A DNA stretch of 64,000 nt from Chloroflexota bacterium (GTDB taxonomy: Bacteria; Chloroflexota; Dehalococcoidia; Lucifugimonadales; SAR202-VII-2), in the NCBI GenBank assembly GCA_003228115.1, contig QEVV01000004.1, forward strand, positions 85,175-149,174, given 5' to 3'. The notes beneath the pieces are model-generated. The model did no database searches, was not told where the DNA came from, and worked only from the letters and a program-made list of their open reading frames with translations. The position numbers were made by a program, and so were the translations under genes. Shown here one piece after another: positions 8,829 through 17,485 of this stretch (position 1 is the stretch's first letter; each line of letters opens with the position of its first letter).

Positions 8829-9659
8829 GTGGAGTTTGAACAGGTCAGAACACTCACGCATGAAGTTCTCAAGGAGATGCTGCGCGGGGTTAAGAAGAAC
8901 CCCAACACGGTCACGAACTTCACGGGGAACATGCAACGAACCAACATTGTTGGACAGGTGGAGCAGATCGCTAGACAGCGTGGACATCTTACGAACCAAG
9001 ATCTTTCCCACGAGGAGCGCCGCTTTGTAGTGGAAGCACTCTGGCAGCTAGTCATACAAGGGATCCTCATTCCCGGAACATTTGACGGCGATCAGGGCTG
9101 GCCGTTTGTGTCATTCACCGAACACGGCGAACGAACAATCCAGGAAGAAGGCCCTACACCCTACGACCCTGACCGATACCTGGAACAGTTTCGGGGTGGG
9201 AACGTCGACCCGGTGGTGTCCTTCTACGTCGAGGAGGCCTTGGGGTCCTTCACGGCAAACCGACACACGTCATGTGTCGTAATGCTGGGAGTTGCATCCG
9301 AGAGAGTGCTTGACCTTTTACACTCTGCGTTCTTGGCTGCTCTCGCGAGCCAAAATGAGCGGGAGAAGTTGATGCAAAAGGCCAACGGGAAAATGTTGGT
9401 AGTGCGGTACGGCGAATTGAAGAAGCGCCTCGAGCCCAAGAAAGATCAACTTCCCCAGGCCATGCGCGACAACCTTGATACTACTTTAACCAGCATTTTC
9501 AACATCATTCGGCAGCTGAGGAACGACGCTGGACATCCGACCGGTAGGCAGATGACCCGTGATGAGGCTTACGCCCTTCTTTACCTCTTCCCCTACTACC
9601 ACGCACAAATGTCCGCTCTTATTGAGCACCTAGAGGCAAACCCTGACTCCTTGACCTAG
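8829..9659 (+). CDS. hypothetical protein with C-terminal HEPN-like R-x4-H motif
   Basis: GTG start 5 nt after GGGAGG. 276 aa with IIRQLRNDAGHPTG (R-x4-H) in a helical C-terminal half. The gene and its 320-bp upstream region look more AT-rich than the flanks. Confidence 0.5.
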   Translation: MEFEQVRTLTHEVLKEMLRGVKKNPNTVTNFTGNMQRTNIVGQVEQIARQRGHLTNQDLSHEERRFVVEALWQLVIQGILIPGTFDGDQGWPFVSFTEHGERTIQEEGPTPYDPDRYLEQFRGGNVDPVVSFYVEEALGSFTANRHTSCVVMLGVASERVLDLLHSAFLAALASQNEREKLMQKANGKMLVVRYGELKKRLEPKKDQLPQAMRDNLDTTLTSIFNIIRQLRNDAGHPTGRQMTRDEAYALLYLFPYYHAQMSALIEHLEANPDSLT

Positions 9660-9727
9660 GTTGATGGGTTGTCCCCTTCCAACCCTATGCTATAGTGCAC
9701 CCAAAACCTCGCGGAGGAGGCCCCACA

Positions 9728-10423
9728 ATGGTAAGCAGCTTTGAGGATCATGCTTGGCAGGACGTGGTAAGCGCAGAAGACCTTGAACTCTATAAACACT
9801 ATGAACGGCCTACCTTCCTTGGGGAGCGCCCCGCCCTGCTCCTTATCGACCTCTACAACATGGCCTACGACGGTGGCCGCGGCCCCGTCCATGAGATCAC
9901 CAAGACCTACCCCAGCGCCTGCGGCGAGTACGCCTACGACGCCATCGAGCCCACCAAGGAACTGCTGGCGTTGGCCCGATCTCGGGGCTTCCCGGTCATC
10001 TACTCCACGGCCGACACCCGGCACGCCGGAAAGCGGGGCAACGTCCGCGCCACCTATCGCCACTCCGGCGACAGCGGCGACGACCCCTTCGGCATTTATG
10101 AGGCCTTCAAGCCGGAGCCCAATGACCTCATCATCTACAAGGAGAGGGCCAGCACCTTCTTCGGCACCCCACTGTCGGCCTACCTAACGCAGAACAAGGT
10201 GGACACCCTCATCGTCTGCGGCGAGAGCACCAGCGGATGCGTGCGGGCCAGCGTCGTCGACGCCTACTCCAGCGGCTACCACACAGCCCTCGTCGAAGAG
10301 TGCACCTACGACCGCGCCCTGTTGTCGCACAAGATCAGCCTGTTCGATCTGCACCACAAATACGCCGACGTGATGCACATGGACGAGGTCAAAGAACACC
10401 TCCAAGCCTTCAGTGAGGTGTAG
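9728..10423 (+). CDS. isochorismatase-family cysteine hydrolase
   Basis: ORF 9695..10423. ATG 9728 follows GGAGGAGG. LLLIDLYN and TLIVCGESTSGCVRAS (catalytic Cys context). Confidence 0.8.
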   Translation: MVSSFEDHAWQDVVSAEDLELYKHYERPTFLGERPALLLIDLYNMAYDGGRGPVHEITKTYPSACGEYAYDAIEPTKELLALARSRGFPVIYSTADTRHAGKRGNVRATYRHSGDSGDDPFGIYEAFKPEPNDLIIYKERASTFFGTPLSAYLTQNKVDTLIVCGESTSGCVRASVVDAYSSGYHTALVEECTYDRALLSHKISLFDLHHKYADVMHMDEVKEHLQAFSEV

Positions 10424-10425
10424 CG

Positions 10426-11295
10426 ATGGACCCCAGGGCAACCGGCCCTTACCCCTACTCGCCCATCGTCGACCGGCCCAAGCTGACCTGGCCCAATAAC
10501 GCCAAGGTCGCCCTGTGGGTCATACCCAACATTGAGTTCTACGCCCTCAATCAGCGGATAGGCCCCAACTTCGCCGACCCGCCCGACGTTCCCGCCTTCG
10601 CCGTTCGAGACTACGGAGCGAGGGTCGGCATCTGGCGCATCATGGACGTTATGAGCCGCTTCGGCGTGCGAGGCACCGTGGCCCTCAACTCCGATGTCTG
10701 CGACCAGTACCCCCAGATCATCGAGAAGTGTGTGGCGCTGGACTGGGAGCTTATGGGCCACAACTACGCCAACACCCGCCGCCTGAGCGTGATGGAGCCG
10801 GCCGAGGAAAGAGAGACCGTCCTTGGCACTATCGACCGCATCGAAAGGGCCTCCGGCAGGCGGCCCGCGGGTTGGATGGGGGCAGGCGGTCAAGAGTCGT
10901 GGAACTCCCTGGACTTCTTCGTGGAAGCAGGCCTCAAGTACGTGGGTGAATGGGTCGCCGACGACCAGCCCTTCCTGATGGACCCCATCAAGGGGCGTCA
11001 GCTGGTGGCCCTGCCCTACACCATGGAAATCAACGACATCCCCATCTTCGAGTACAAGCACCACACCCCCCAGGAATTCGAGGGCATGGTCAAGCGCCAA
11101 TTCGACGTCCTCTACCGCGAAGGCGCCGAATCAGGGCGCGTCATGGCCATCGCCCTGCACCCCTACCTCATAGGTCTGCCCCACCGCATCGACTCCCTCA
11201 CCGCAGTCCTCGAGTACATCACCGGCCACAAGGACGTCTGGCTTGCAACGGGAGAAGAAATCACAGACCACTACCTATCACAACTGGGCGGCTAG
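10426..11295 (+). CDS. polysaccharide deacetylase family protein (PuuE/allantoinase-like)
   Basis: 289-aa ORF starting 3 nt after the previous stop. The N-terminal YPYSPI..RP...WP pattern is typical of the PuuE-like deacetylase fold. Confidence 0.7.
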   Translation: MDPRATGPYPYSPIVDRPKLTWPNNAKVALWVIPNIEFYALNQRIGPNFADPPDVPAFAVRDYGARVGIWRIMDVMSRFGVRGTVALNSDVCDQYPQIIEKCVALDWELMGHNYANTRRLSVMEPAEERETVLGTIDRIERASGRRPAGWMGAGGQESWNSLDFFVEAGLKYVGEWVADDQPFLMDPIKGRQLVALPYTMEINDIPIFEYKHHTPQEFEGMVKRQFDVLYREGAESGRVMAIALHPYLIGLPHRIDSLTAVLEYITGHKDVWLATGEEITDHYLSQLGG

Positions 11296-11388
11296 AAAGG
11301 CTGATACCGACAGCCCTGCGTCGAGCCGGTTGAGGTCTTTAAGCCACGCCACTGGCAGTCTAACCGACTTGGCCACCGCCGCAGGCGT

Positions 11389-11485
11389 GGGGTGCAGGGG
11401 CAAGGCCCCGCCGGGGGCCACAGGGGGCGTCCCCCTGTATCCCTGAACGTTCGAGGGTGGGCTGGGCGGGACAACAGCGTGAGCC
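11389..11485 (+). repeat. family-A repeat
   Basis: GGGGTGCAGGGGCAAGGCCCCGCCGGGGGCCACAGGGGGCGTCCCCCTGTATCCCTGAACGTTCGAGGGTGGGCTGGGCGGGAC... Confidence 0.85.
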
Positions 11486-11523
11486 AAAACAAGCCGTTAG
11501 AAGACAATAACCCTACTCAACGA

Positions 11524-11560
11524 GAGGCCCCGGCCAAGCGCACTGCCTGGCCGGGGCCTC
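11524..11560. terminator. hairpin between convergent genes
   Basis: 13-bp stem GAGGCCCCGGCCA/TGGCCGGGGCCTC; no strong U-tract. Confidence 0.4.
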
Positions 11561-11587
11561 TTCATGCAACAATCGCCCTAGCCCAAC

Positions 11588-12373
11588 CTAGTTGGCAGCC
11601 CAGCGAATCCACGTCGCCGGAGTGGTGCCGGACTCGTTCAACTCACCATCTTCCACAAAGCTCTGGGCGGGACTGTACGTGTACAGGTCGTCCGTCGTTC
11701 CGCCGTACTCGCCTCGGTAGACTTCCACCGTCGCATCACCGTCGGGATTGTGCTGCGTCGCAGTGCCAACCACTACCATCTCTGCCGGATCGACCGGCGT
11801 TCCACAGCAAACGACCGCATTAATCTCGCCTTCAACACTCGTGGAGCCAAAAATCTCCACTCCCGTGTATGCGCCCCCTTCAAAGGTCAGCCGTAGATCC
11901 GGGGCAATCATCCCAGTGACCGGCAAGGGTACGGCCCCTCCGCCGCCTTCATGCTCATCCCCTTCGTAGAGGTCCTCTAGGTCTTCATCGATTGCATCGA
12001 GAAAATCGTCGCAATCGGGGTCGAGCTCCACGCACATGGGCAGGGGTTCAGGGCCGCTGCCATTGCCTTCGGGCGGGGCTGGCGTCGCCGAGATGGGCTG
12101 CGGCACCGATCCGCTATCGCCCTTGGGCTCGTCATCTTCGTAGAGACCCCCCGGGTTATCATCGCCTAGAACGGGAGTATCGTCGCAATCGGCTCCAGCC
12201 GCCACGTTGAGAACCTCTCCCTCTTCCACCGCGCACCCGGCCAGGGCTGCAAGGTCGCCGCCAATGCCCTCCGTTTGCTTATCGGAATCGTTGGCAGCCA
12301 GCCCGGAACTGCAACCAATGGCCGCCGTCAGCATCAGACCCAAACCCACTATGGATACCAGCCGCTTGTTCAT
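11588..12373 (-). CDS. acidic secreted lipoprotein, hypothetical
   Basis: ORF 11588..12421. Start taken at MNKRLVSIVGLGLMLTAAIGC (signal peptide plus lipobox). Asp/Glu/Pro-rich middle. Confidence 0.55.
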   Translation of the reverse strand: MNKRLVSIVGLGLMLTAAIGCSSGLAANDSDKQTEGIGGDLAALAGCAVEEGEVLNVAAGADCDDTPVLGDDNPGGLYEDDEPKGDSGSVPQPISATPAPPEGNGSGPEPLPMCVELDPDCDDFLDAIDEDLEDLYEGDEHEGGGGAVPLPVTGMIAPDLRLTFEGGAYTGVEIFGSTSVEGEINAVVCCGTPVDPAEMVVVGTATQHNPDGDATVEVYRGEYGGTTDDLYTYSPAQSFVEDGELNESGTTPATWIRWAAN

Positions 12374-12643
12374 GATCCTTCCTCCTGTCAGTCCACCTCG
12401 ATGTATTACCGTCCTGTACATTCAAGACGGAGGACAGGAGGAAAAGGTTCCCGGGGCTCAGGGCAAGGGGGCATTTACCAGGCAGGCACCCTCATCGTCC
12501 GCTGAGACAAGCATCCAACACAACGGCATCGCCTGATGGAGCGACGATGCACGTTCCAGAGTCAGCCAAGGGTGCTGTTACAATAATAGAGCAGCTAGAC
12601 GGCGGGGGCGAAGCTTTTTTAGGTACAACCGAAGACTCGTCTC

Positions 12644-13117
12644 CTACCCCTCTGCCACCGCCTTGATCCGCTCCAACGTCCGCCCGGCCCCTGCTTCCAG
12701 CTCCGCCCGGCGCCGCTCTTGCGTGCCGAACACCACCCTTGCGAAACCCGGAATCGTCCAGCGCACCTGGAAGGACTCGGTCACCAGCGTGCCGCCCTCG
12801 ACAGGCTCGAGATCGTAGCGCCATCGGGTCTGTACAGCCTTTAGGAAGGGAATGGGCATCGCCTCGAACGCGAAGACGCGATCGGGCTCCAGGTCTGTAA
12901 CGCGGACGCTCGTGAACCACCAGAACCACTTGTGACGATTGTACCCACGGAACTGCGCACCCACCGCGGGGCCAGATGCCCCTTTTAGCCAGGAACAGCG
13001 ATAGGTCTCCGGGCTCCACTCTCCCATCCGCGTCACGTCCGTAATGAGGGAGAATATTGCTTCAGAAGTCGCGTTAATCTTGAGCTGGGTACTTCCAGTG
13101 AAAATGGGTTCGGTCAA
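12644..13117 (-). CDS. SRPBCC (START/polyketide cyclase-like) family protein
   Basis: 157-aa ORF with TTG start. The pattern I.A..E.IF.L..D..R..EW is typical of SRPBCC proteins. Confidence 0.6.
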   Translation of the reverse strand: MTEPIFTGSTQLKINATSEAIFSLITDVTRMGEWSPETYRCSWLKGASGPAVGAQFRGYNRHKWFWWFTSVRVTDLEPDRVFAFEAMPIPFLKAVQTRWRYDLEPVEGGTLVTESFQVRWTIPGFARVVFGTQERRRAELEAGAGRTLERIKAVAEG

Positions 13118-13191
13118 TGCTCTTCAGCCTCTCATGTATTTTTTCGCAGTCCAGTGGCCGTTGGCTCCCACACATGCTCTTCTCGTGCCTA

Positions 13192-14391
13192 TCACCCCTC
13201 AAGTGGGAGTCGTATCTCTCTGCGGGTCTTCGCCGATTCAACGATCGCCAAGCATACCTCAACTGAGGCCCGGCCCCAACGCCCGTCATGCACAGGCGGT
13301 TCAGCTCCGATGACAGCGTTGTACACTTCCTCAACGAACCCCCCCCATCCCGGCGGCCGATGTACGGGCGGCAGCGGTACCTCATATTTGCCAGCGTCGG
13401 CATACACCATCACCCCATCACCGGATGGCCGCAGGTCTCCCTTCTCACAGCTGGCGACAATCACGCCGAAATGAGGCTGACTAAGTTGTTCACTTTCGTG
13501 ATGTGTTGGGTCCAATGCCCGGCGGTACATTGAAGATCGACCCTCAGCGCGGAGGCGCAACTCTTCCGAATAGTCCTTGACCTGCCCCAGCGCCTTTCGA
13601 GTCTCTCCGTGAGCCGGGGGCTTTACTTCGCCGGTCTCGCCTATCGAGAAATGAAACTCGTCGGTGTCGAAGTGGTCGTAGCCGCTGAACGCTATCGACG
13701 CCACGACACCGTTGTCGAACTCCACAAAGGCGAGGCTGCTTCCCACGGCAGGCCGGCCCGTGTCCCACGCTCCCGTTGAAGCCCGTACGCTCGTGACTGG
13801 CCCCCCGGCCAAGGTCCTCACCATTTCTATTTGATGCACCACTTGATTGAATACGGCGCCCCCGCCAAGGGCAACATCCAAGTCGTGTGGGGGCCTCAAA
13901 CGGTACAGCCAATTGTTGTAGTTCCAGGCATTGATCATCCGGACTGGACCCAGCTCCCCACCGTCGATTATTTCCCGCATCTTCTGGACGGCGGGACTCT
14001 GTCCATAGGTATAGCCCACCAGCAGTTGCACATTGTTCCTGGCTGCCGCAGCAATCATGAGGTCGCAGTCTTCCAGGGACAGCGCCATCGGCTTTTCCAC
14101 CATGACGTGCTTGCCGTGCTCCGCTGCCATGACCGCGTGCGGCCCATGAAGGCTATGCGGCGTGGCCACGTACACCACGTCGACATCTGGGTCAGCACAG
14201 AGTTCTTCCAGCCTACCGTACGGCTTCGCCCGAAACTCGCGGACGAAAACTTCCAGTGCTTCCCCATCGGTATCGCACGCTGCCACGACACTTACTCTGG
14301 GGTCCTGCACAAGGGCTGGCATCATCAAAGCTGACGCTGTCCCCAAACCGACAACGCCCAAGCGAAGCTGCTTGTCTCCAGAAGAGGTCAT
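13192..14391 (-). CDS. Gfo/Idh/MocA family oxidoreductase
   Basis: ORF 13192..14406. ATG 14391 follows AAGGTG. Rossmann N-terminus LGVVGLGTAS and EKP motif VMVEKPMA. Confidence 0.8.
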   Translation of the reverse strand: MTSSGDKQLRLGVVGLGTASALMMPALVQDPRVSVVAACDTDGEALEVFVREFRAKPYGRLEELCADPDVDVVYVATPHSLHGPHAVMAAEHGKHVMVEKPMALSLEDCDLMIAAAARNNVQLLVGYTYGQSPAVQKMREIIDGGELGPVRMINAWNYNNWLYRLRPPHDLDVALGGGAVFNQVVHQIEMVRTLAGGPVTSVRASTGAWDTGRPAVGSSLAFVEFDNGVVASIAFSGYDHFDTDEFHFSIGETGEVKPPAHGETRKALGQVKDYSEELRLRAEGRSSMYRRALDPTHHESEQLSQPHFGVIVASCEKGDLRPSGDGVMVYADAGKYEVPLPPVHRPPGWGGFVEEVYNAVIGAEPPVHDGRWGRASVEVCLAIVESAKTRREIRLPLEG

Positions 14392-14408
14392 GCGGTCACC
14401 TTTCAATG

Positions 14409-14431
14409 CAAATATCAGAACAAATATCAGA
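14409..14431. promoter_or_regulatory. direct repeat CAAATATCAGA x2 (12-bp period) just upstream of the Gfo/Idh/MocA gene
   Basis: 14409-14419 and 14421-14431, located 18-40 nt upstream of ATG 14391 on the minus strand. Confidence 0.25.
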
Positions 14432-14468
14432 TCTCACGAAGGGGGCGGCGTCAGAGGCCAAAACGCAT

Positions 14469-14504
14469 TTGGCGTCCCCGAACTGAATAGTTCGTGGACG
14501 CCAA
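14469..14504 (-). terminator. hairpin downstream of DUF3891-like copy A
   Basis: TTGGCGTCC-C-CGAACT GAAT AGTTCG-T-GGACGCCAA. Confidence 0.4.
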
Positions 14505-14530
14505 TTTGCCGACACCTCTCTTGGAGCTGC

Positions 14531-15352
14531 CTACTCTACGAACGTGAACTCAAGCAGCTGCCGGGGAGCCTTGTGATAGGCCTCCCTTATCTCTTCGTCG
14601 GAAGCGCCCACCATCGGCGCCATCTCCCTGCCTCTCACCATCACCTTGAGTGGTGAAAGGTCAAATGGGAACGGGTCGATCTTCAGGATGCCGCCATCCA
14701 GAGGCGTGATGTTGAACGTCGCTTCGTCCTTGGTCTCGTAGGACATGGGTATCGGTCCGATAAAGTGCTCAATCAGGCTGCCATCAGTCCATCCCTCGCA
14801 GCAGAAATAGATGGAGAGCAGATCGTAGAGCTGGAGAATCCTGTAGTTCGTCCACAGCTCCCCTTCGAACTTGGCATCGCCGTTACCTAATGCATTCCTG
14901 TCTTCTTTTTGACCAGCCTCGAGCCTTTCGATGATGGCGGGAACCTCGGGGTTGGGCGCTTTCGCTCCAATGTAGGCCCTGGTTGAACTCGTTACGGTCT
15001 CGTAGCGCTCCTGCCAGAGCCCCGTCCGATGCATCGACACGATGAGGCCCGCGTACGGGTCGCGGGAGCGGACCCAATCGATATTGCGGACGTAGCAGTC
15101 CAGCTGCCCCGGGTATCCAAGAGGCTCACCCAGTCCCGCCGGCCTACCCTTTTCCGAGTTGATAGGAGGCAAGCGTTCCCACTCGCGATATCCGTCATCG
15201 TGGTGCCCCGTCCCGAACACCATCGAGTCGTAAGGCCGCAGCCTCTCGAACTTGTCGTTTCCCCAGTGGGCTGCAAACTGCCCCGACAGCTCCGTGTGGT
15301 CTGACTGATCGACCAGGAAAAAGTTACCCTCGGCGGTCTCTCGTATCATCAC
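14531..15352 (-). CDS. conserved hypothetical protein, DUF3891-like (tentative), copy A
   Basis: ORF 14531..15367. Start at GTG 15352 or ATG 15349, by alignment with paralog 16604..17425. Q.DH..LSGQFAAHWGN and HHDDGY motifs. Confidence 0.6.
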   Translation of the reverse strand: MMIRETAEGNFFLVDQSDHTELSGQFAAHWGNDKFERLRPYDSMVFGTGHHDDGYREWERLPPINSEKGRPAGLGEPLGYPGQLDCYVRNIDWVRSRDPYAGLIVSMHRTGLWQERYETVTSSTRAYIGAKAPNPEVPAIIERLEAGQKEDRNALGNGDAKFEGELWTNYRILQLYDLLSIYFCCEGWTDGSLIEHFIGPIPMSYETKDEATFNITPLDGGILKIDPFPFDLSPLKVMVRGREMAPMVGASDEEIREAYHKAPRQLLEFTFVE

Positions 15353-15390
15353 GATGCACCCTCCCAAATACCACGTTGGTGTCCAAAAAT

Positions 15391-15402
15391 ACTGATATCA
15401 GT
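15391..15402. promoter_or_regulatory. perfect 12-bp palindrome ACTGATATCAGT between amidohydrolase A and DUF3891-like A
   Basis: Shares the ATATCAG core with the repeats at 14409-14431. Confidence 0.25.
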
Positions 15403-15426
15403 CCCCGTCCTTACAAGCAGGCGCTC

Positions 15427-16497
15427 CTATATCCCGTATAGGGCCTGTGGGTTGTCGCTCAAGATCTTGTCGACGACATGGCTCGGAATCACGCTGTCTT
15501 GCTGCAGCTTCCGAATGGCGTCGATCTCTGCTGAGGTATCGGCGTGGCCATAGTCTGAGCCCAACACCAGATTATCCTCCCCACTGAACTTGAGCACATA
15601 GGGAAGGTCGTCGCGGGTCAGACATTCAACGTAGAGCCTGTTTTCCTTCATGATGTCAGGCGACACATGACCGCCAGTCTTGGCAAGTCTGTTATCAAGA
15701 TCGTTTATTACCCAGGGTACCCAGGATGCGCTCGACTCCATAAAACCCCATCTGAGGTCAGGAAATTTGTCGGGCAGTCTTTGATCCAGGAGGTCATGGA
15801 AACATGCTGCCATGGTCATTTTGAACTTGAAGAGTCCGCTGCCCCGGGAGAAAAGATCTCTCATAGCCAGGTTGCCCTCGCCGTCATGGACGGTTATTGG
15901 CATGTCCAGCTTGCTGGCCTCTTCGTAGATGGGGTAAAAGTAAGGATCCGTGAGCAGCCGGTCACGCTCGGTGGTCCTCATGTAAACACCACAAGCGCCG
16001 TTCTCCTTCCCAAAGTGAAGCTCCTCAAGGGCCTTATCCATCGTCAGCAGAGGCGGCACTACAGCCCACCGCAGCCGATTCTCACTTTGCTTCCAAATCT
16101 CAGCCAGCCAGCGGTTATAGCTCCGGCAGGTCGCCAGGTCTATATCATCCTTATTGGTCATGATGTGGACGAAGAAGGAGGGGTAGAGCATTTGAATGTC
16201 CACACCCAGTTCATCCATGTGCGAAAGGCGCTGTCCCAGGTTGGTCAGTTCCCTTGACTCTCGAGAGGTCTGTGAAACCTGTCCTCTACCTGATGCCCCC
16301 ACGGTGTCCGGAACCCCGAAGAGGTTGTCTTGGTGTTGGTGAAGATATCTCCCGTCCACATGCCAGTATGCAACCCCGCGTTCCTCTTCGTTCTTGGGAA
16401 TGAAGAGCTGTGGCCGCAGATGCCGCTCGGACTCTTCCATGTACTCCCAGGTCCGTTCCGTTTCTATGACATGACAGTCAGCGTCAATTACAGGCAC
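15427..16497 (-). CDS. amidohydrolase-2 (ACMSD-type TIM-barrel metal hydrolase) family protein, copy A
   Basis: N-terminus MPVIDADCHV and C-terminal LGSDYGHAD are typical of PF04909-type amidohydrolases. Confidence 0.8.
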   Translation of the reverse strand: MPVIDADCHVIETERTWEYMEESERHLRPQLFIPKNEEERGVAYWHVDGRYLHQHQDNLFGVPDTVGASGRGQVSQTSRESRELTNLGQRLSHMDELGVDIQMLYPSFFVHIMTNKDDIDLATCRSYNRWLAEIWKQSENRLRWAVVPPLLTMDKALEELHFGKENGACGVYMRTTERDRLLTDPYFYPIYEEASKLDMPITVHDGEGNLAMRDLFSRGSGLFKFKMTMAACFHDLLDQRLPDKFPDLRWGFMESSASWVPWVINDLDNRLAKTGGHVSPDIMKENRLYVECLTRDDLPYVLKFSGEDNLVLGSDYGHADTSAEIDAIRKLQQDSVIPSHVVDKILSDNPQALYGI

Positions 16498-16603
16498 TGT
16501 TCAGACCTCCTCGGTGGTAATCCCAAGTCTTTTGTGCCGCCCTCGCAAATGGAGAGCCCTGTGATGTCAGTTGCAGGAGGCTCGTAGCCCAGAGGGAGCC
16601 GCA

Positions 16604-17425
16604 TCACTTCACGAACGTGAACTCCAGCATGGTGCGTGGCGCCTTGTGATAGGCCGCCCTGATCTCCTCATCGGAAGCGCCCACCATTGGCGCCATCTCC
16701 CTTCCCCTCAAGGTCACCGTGAAAGGAGACACGTCGAACGGAAACGGCTCAATCTTCAACGTGGTGTCGTTGACGGGGGTTATGTTGAAGTTTGCGTCGT
16801 CCTTGGTCTCGTACGACGTGGGCACTGGCCCAATGGAGTGCTCCGTAAGCCGGCCCTCAGCAAACCCATCGCAACAAAAATAAATGGACAGCAGATCGTA
16901 GAGCTGAAGGATGCGGTAGTTCGTCCACAACTCTTGTTCGAACTTTGCATCGCCGTTTGCCAGAGCCGCCCTATTTGCGTCCTGCTCAGCTTCCAGCCGC
17001 TCCGTGATGGCGACTATCTCGGGGCTTGCGGCCCTCGCCCCTCCTGAAGCTCTGGTGGAACTCGTCACGGTCTCATAACGTTGCTGCCACAGACCCGTCC
17101 GGTGCATCGAGACCACCAGGCCCGCATACGCGTCGTGATTGCGGACCCAATCGATGTTACGGACGTAGCAGTCTAGTTGCCCCTCGATTCCCAGAGGCTC
17201 CCCCAGTCCCGCCGGTCTCCCCTTTTCTGAATTGACTGGCGGCAGGTACTCCCACTCCCGGTACCCGTCGTCATGATGCAACGTCCCGAATACCATCGAA
17301 TCGTAAGGCCGCAGCCTTTCGAACTTGTCGTTTCCCCAGTGAGCCGCAAACTGCCCCGACAACTCAGTGTGATCCTGCTGATCGACTAAGAAGAAGTTAC
17401 CGTCAGCCGTCTCACGTACCATCAT
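16604..17425 (-). CDS. conserved hypothetical protein, DUF3891-like (tentative), copy B
   Basis: 273 aa, roughly 80% identical by eye to 14531..15352. GGGAGGG before the ATG. Confidence 0.6.
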   Translation of the reverse strand: MMVRETADGNFFLVDQQDHTELSGQFAAHWGNDKFERLRPYDSMVFGTLHHDDGYREWEYLPPVNSEKGRPAGLGEPLGIEGQLDCYVRNIDWVRNHDAYAGLVVSMHRTGLWQQRYETVTSSTRASGGARAASPEIVAITERLEAEQDANRAALANGDAKFEQELWTNYRILQLYDLLSIYFCCDGFAEGRLTEHSIGPVPTSYETKDDANFNITPVNDTTLKIEPFPFDVSPFTVTLRGREMAPMVGASDEEIRAAYHKAPRTMLEFTFVK

Positions 17426-17485
17426 GATGACCCTCCCAATAAATCGGTCTGGTGTAGAACCCTCTGGCGTCAGTTCGGTTGAAAA

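Noticed and set aside
10306-11100. Long antisense ORFs inside well-supported genes. Examples: 10306..11100 (minus), 20927..21805 (minus), 24565..25452 (minus), 32326..33519 (plus), 4986..5678 (plus), 5853..6368 (minus), 59366..60085 (plus).
   Set aside because: These are typical shadow ORFs of GC-rich DNA. Their products are Arg/Pro/Gly/Ala-rich with no recognisable motifs, and each fully overlaps a gene with clear family signatures on the other strand.
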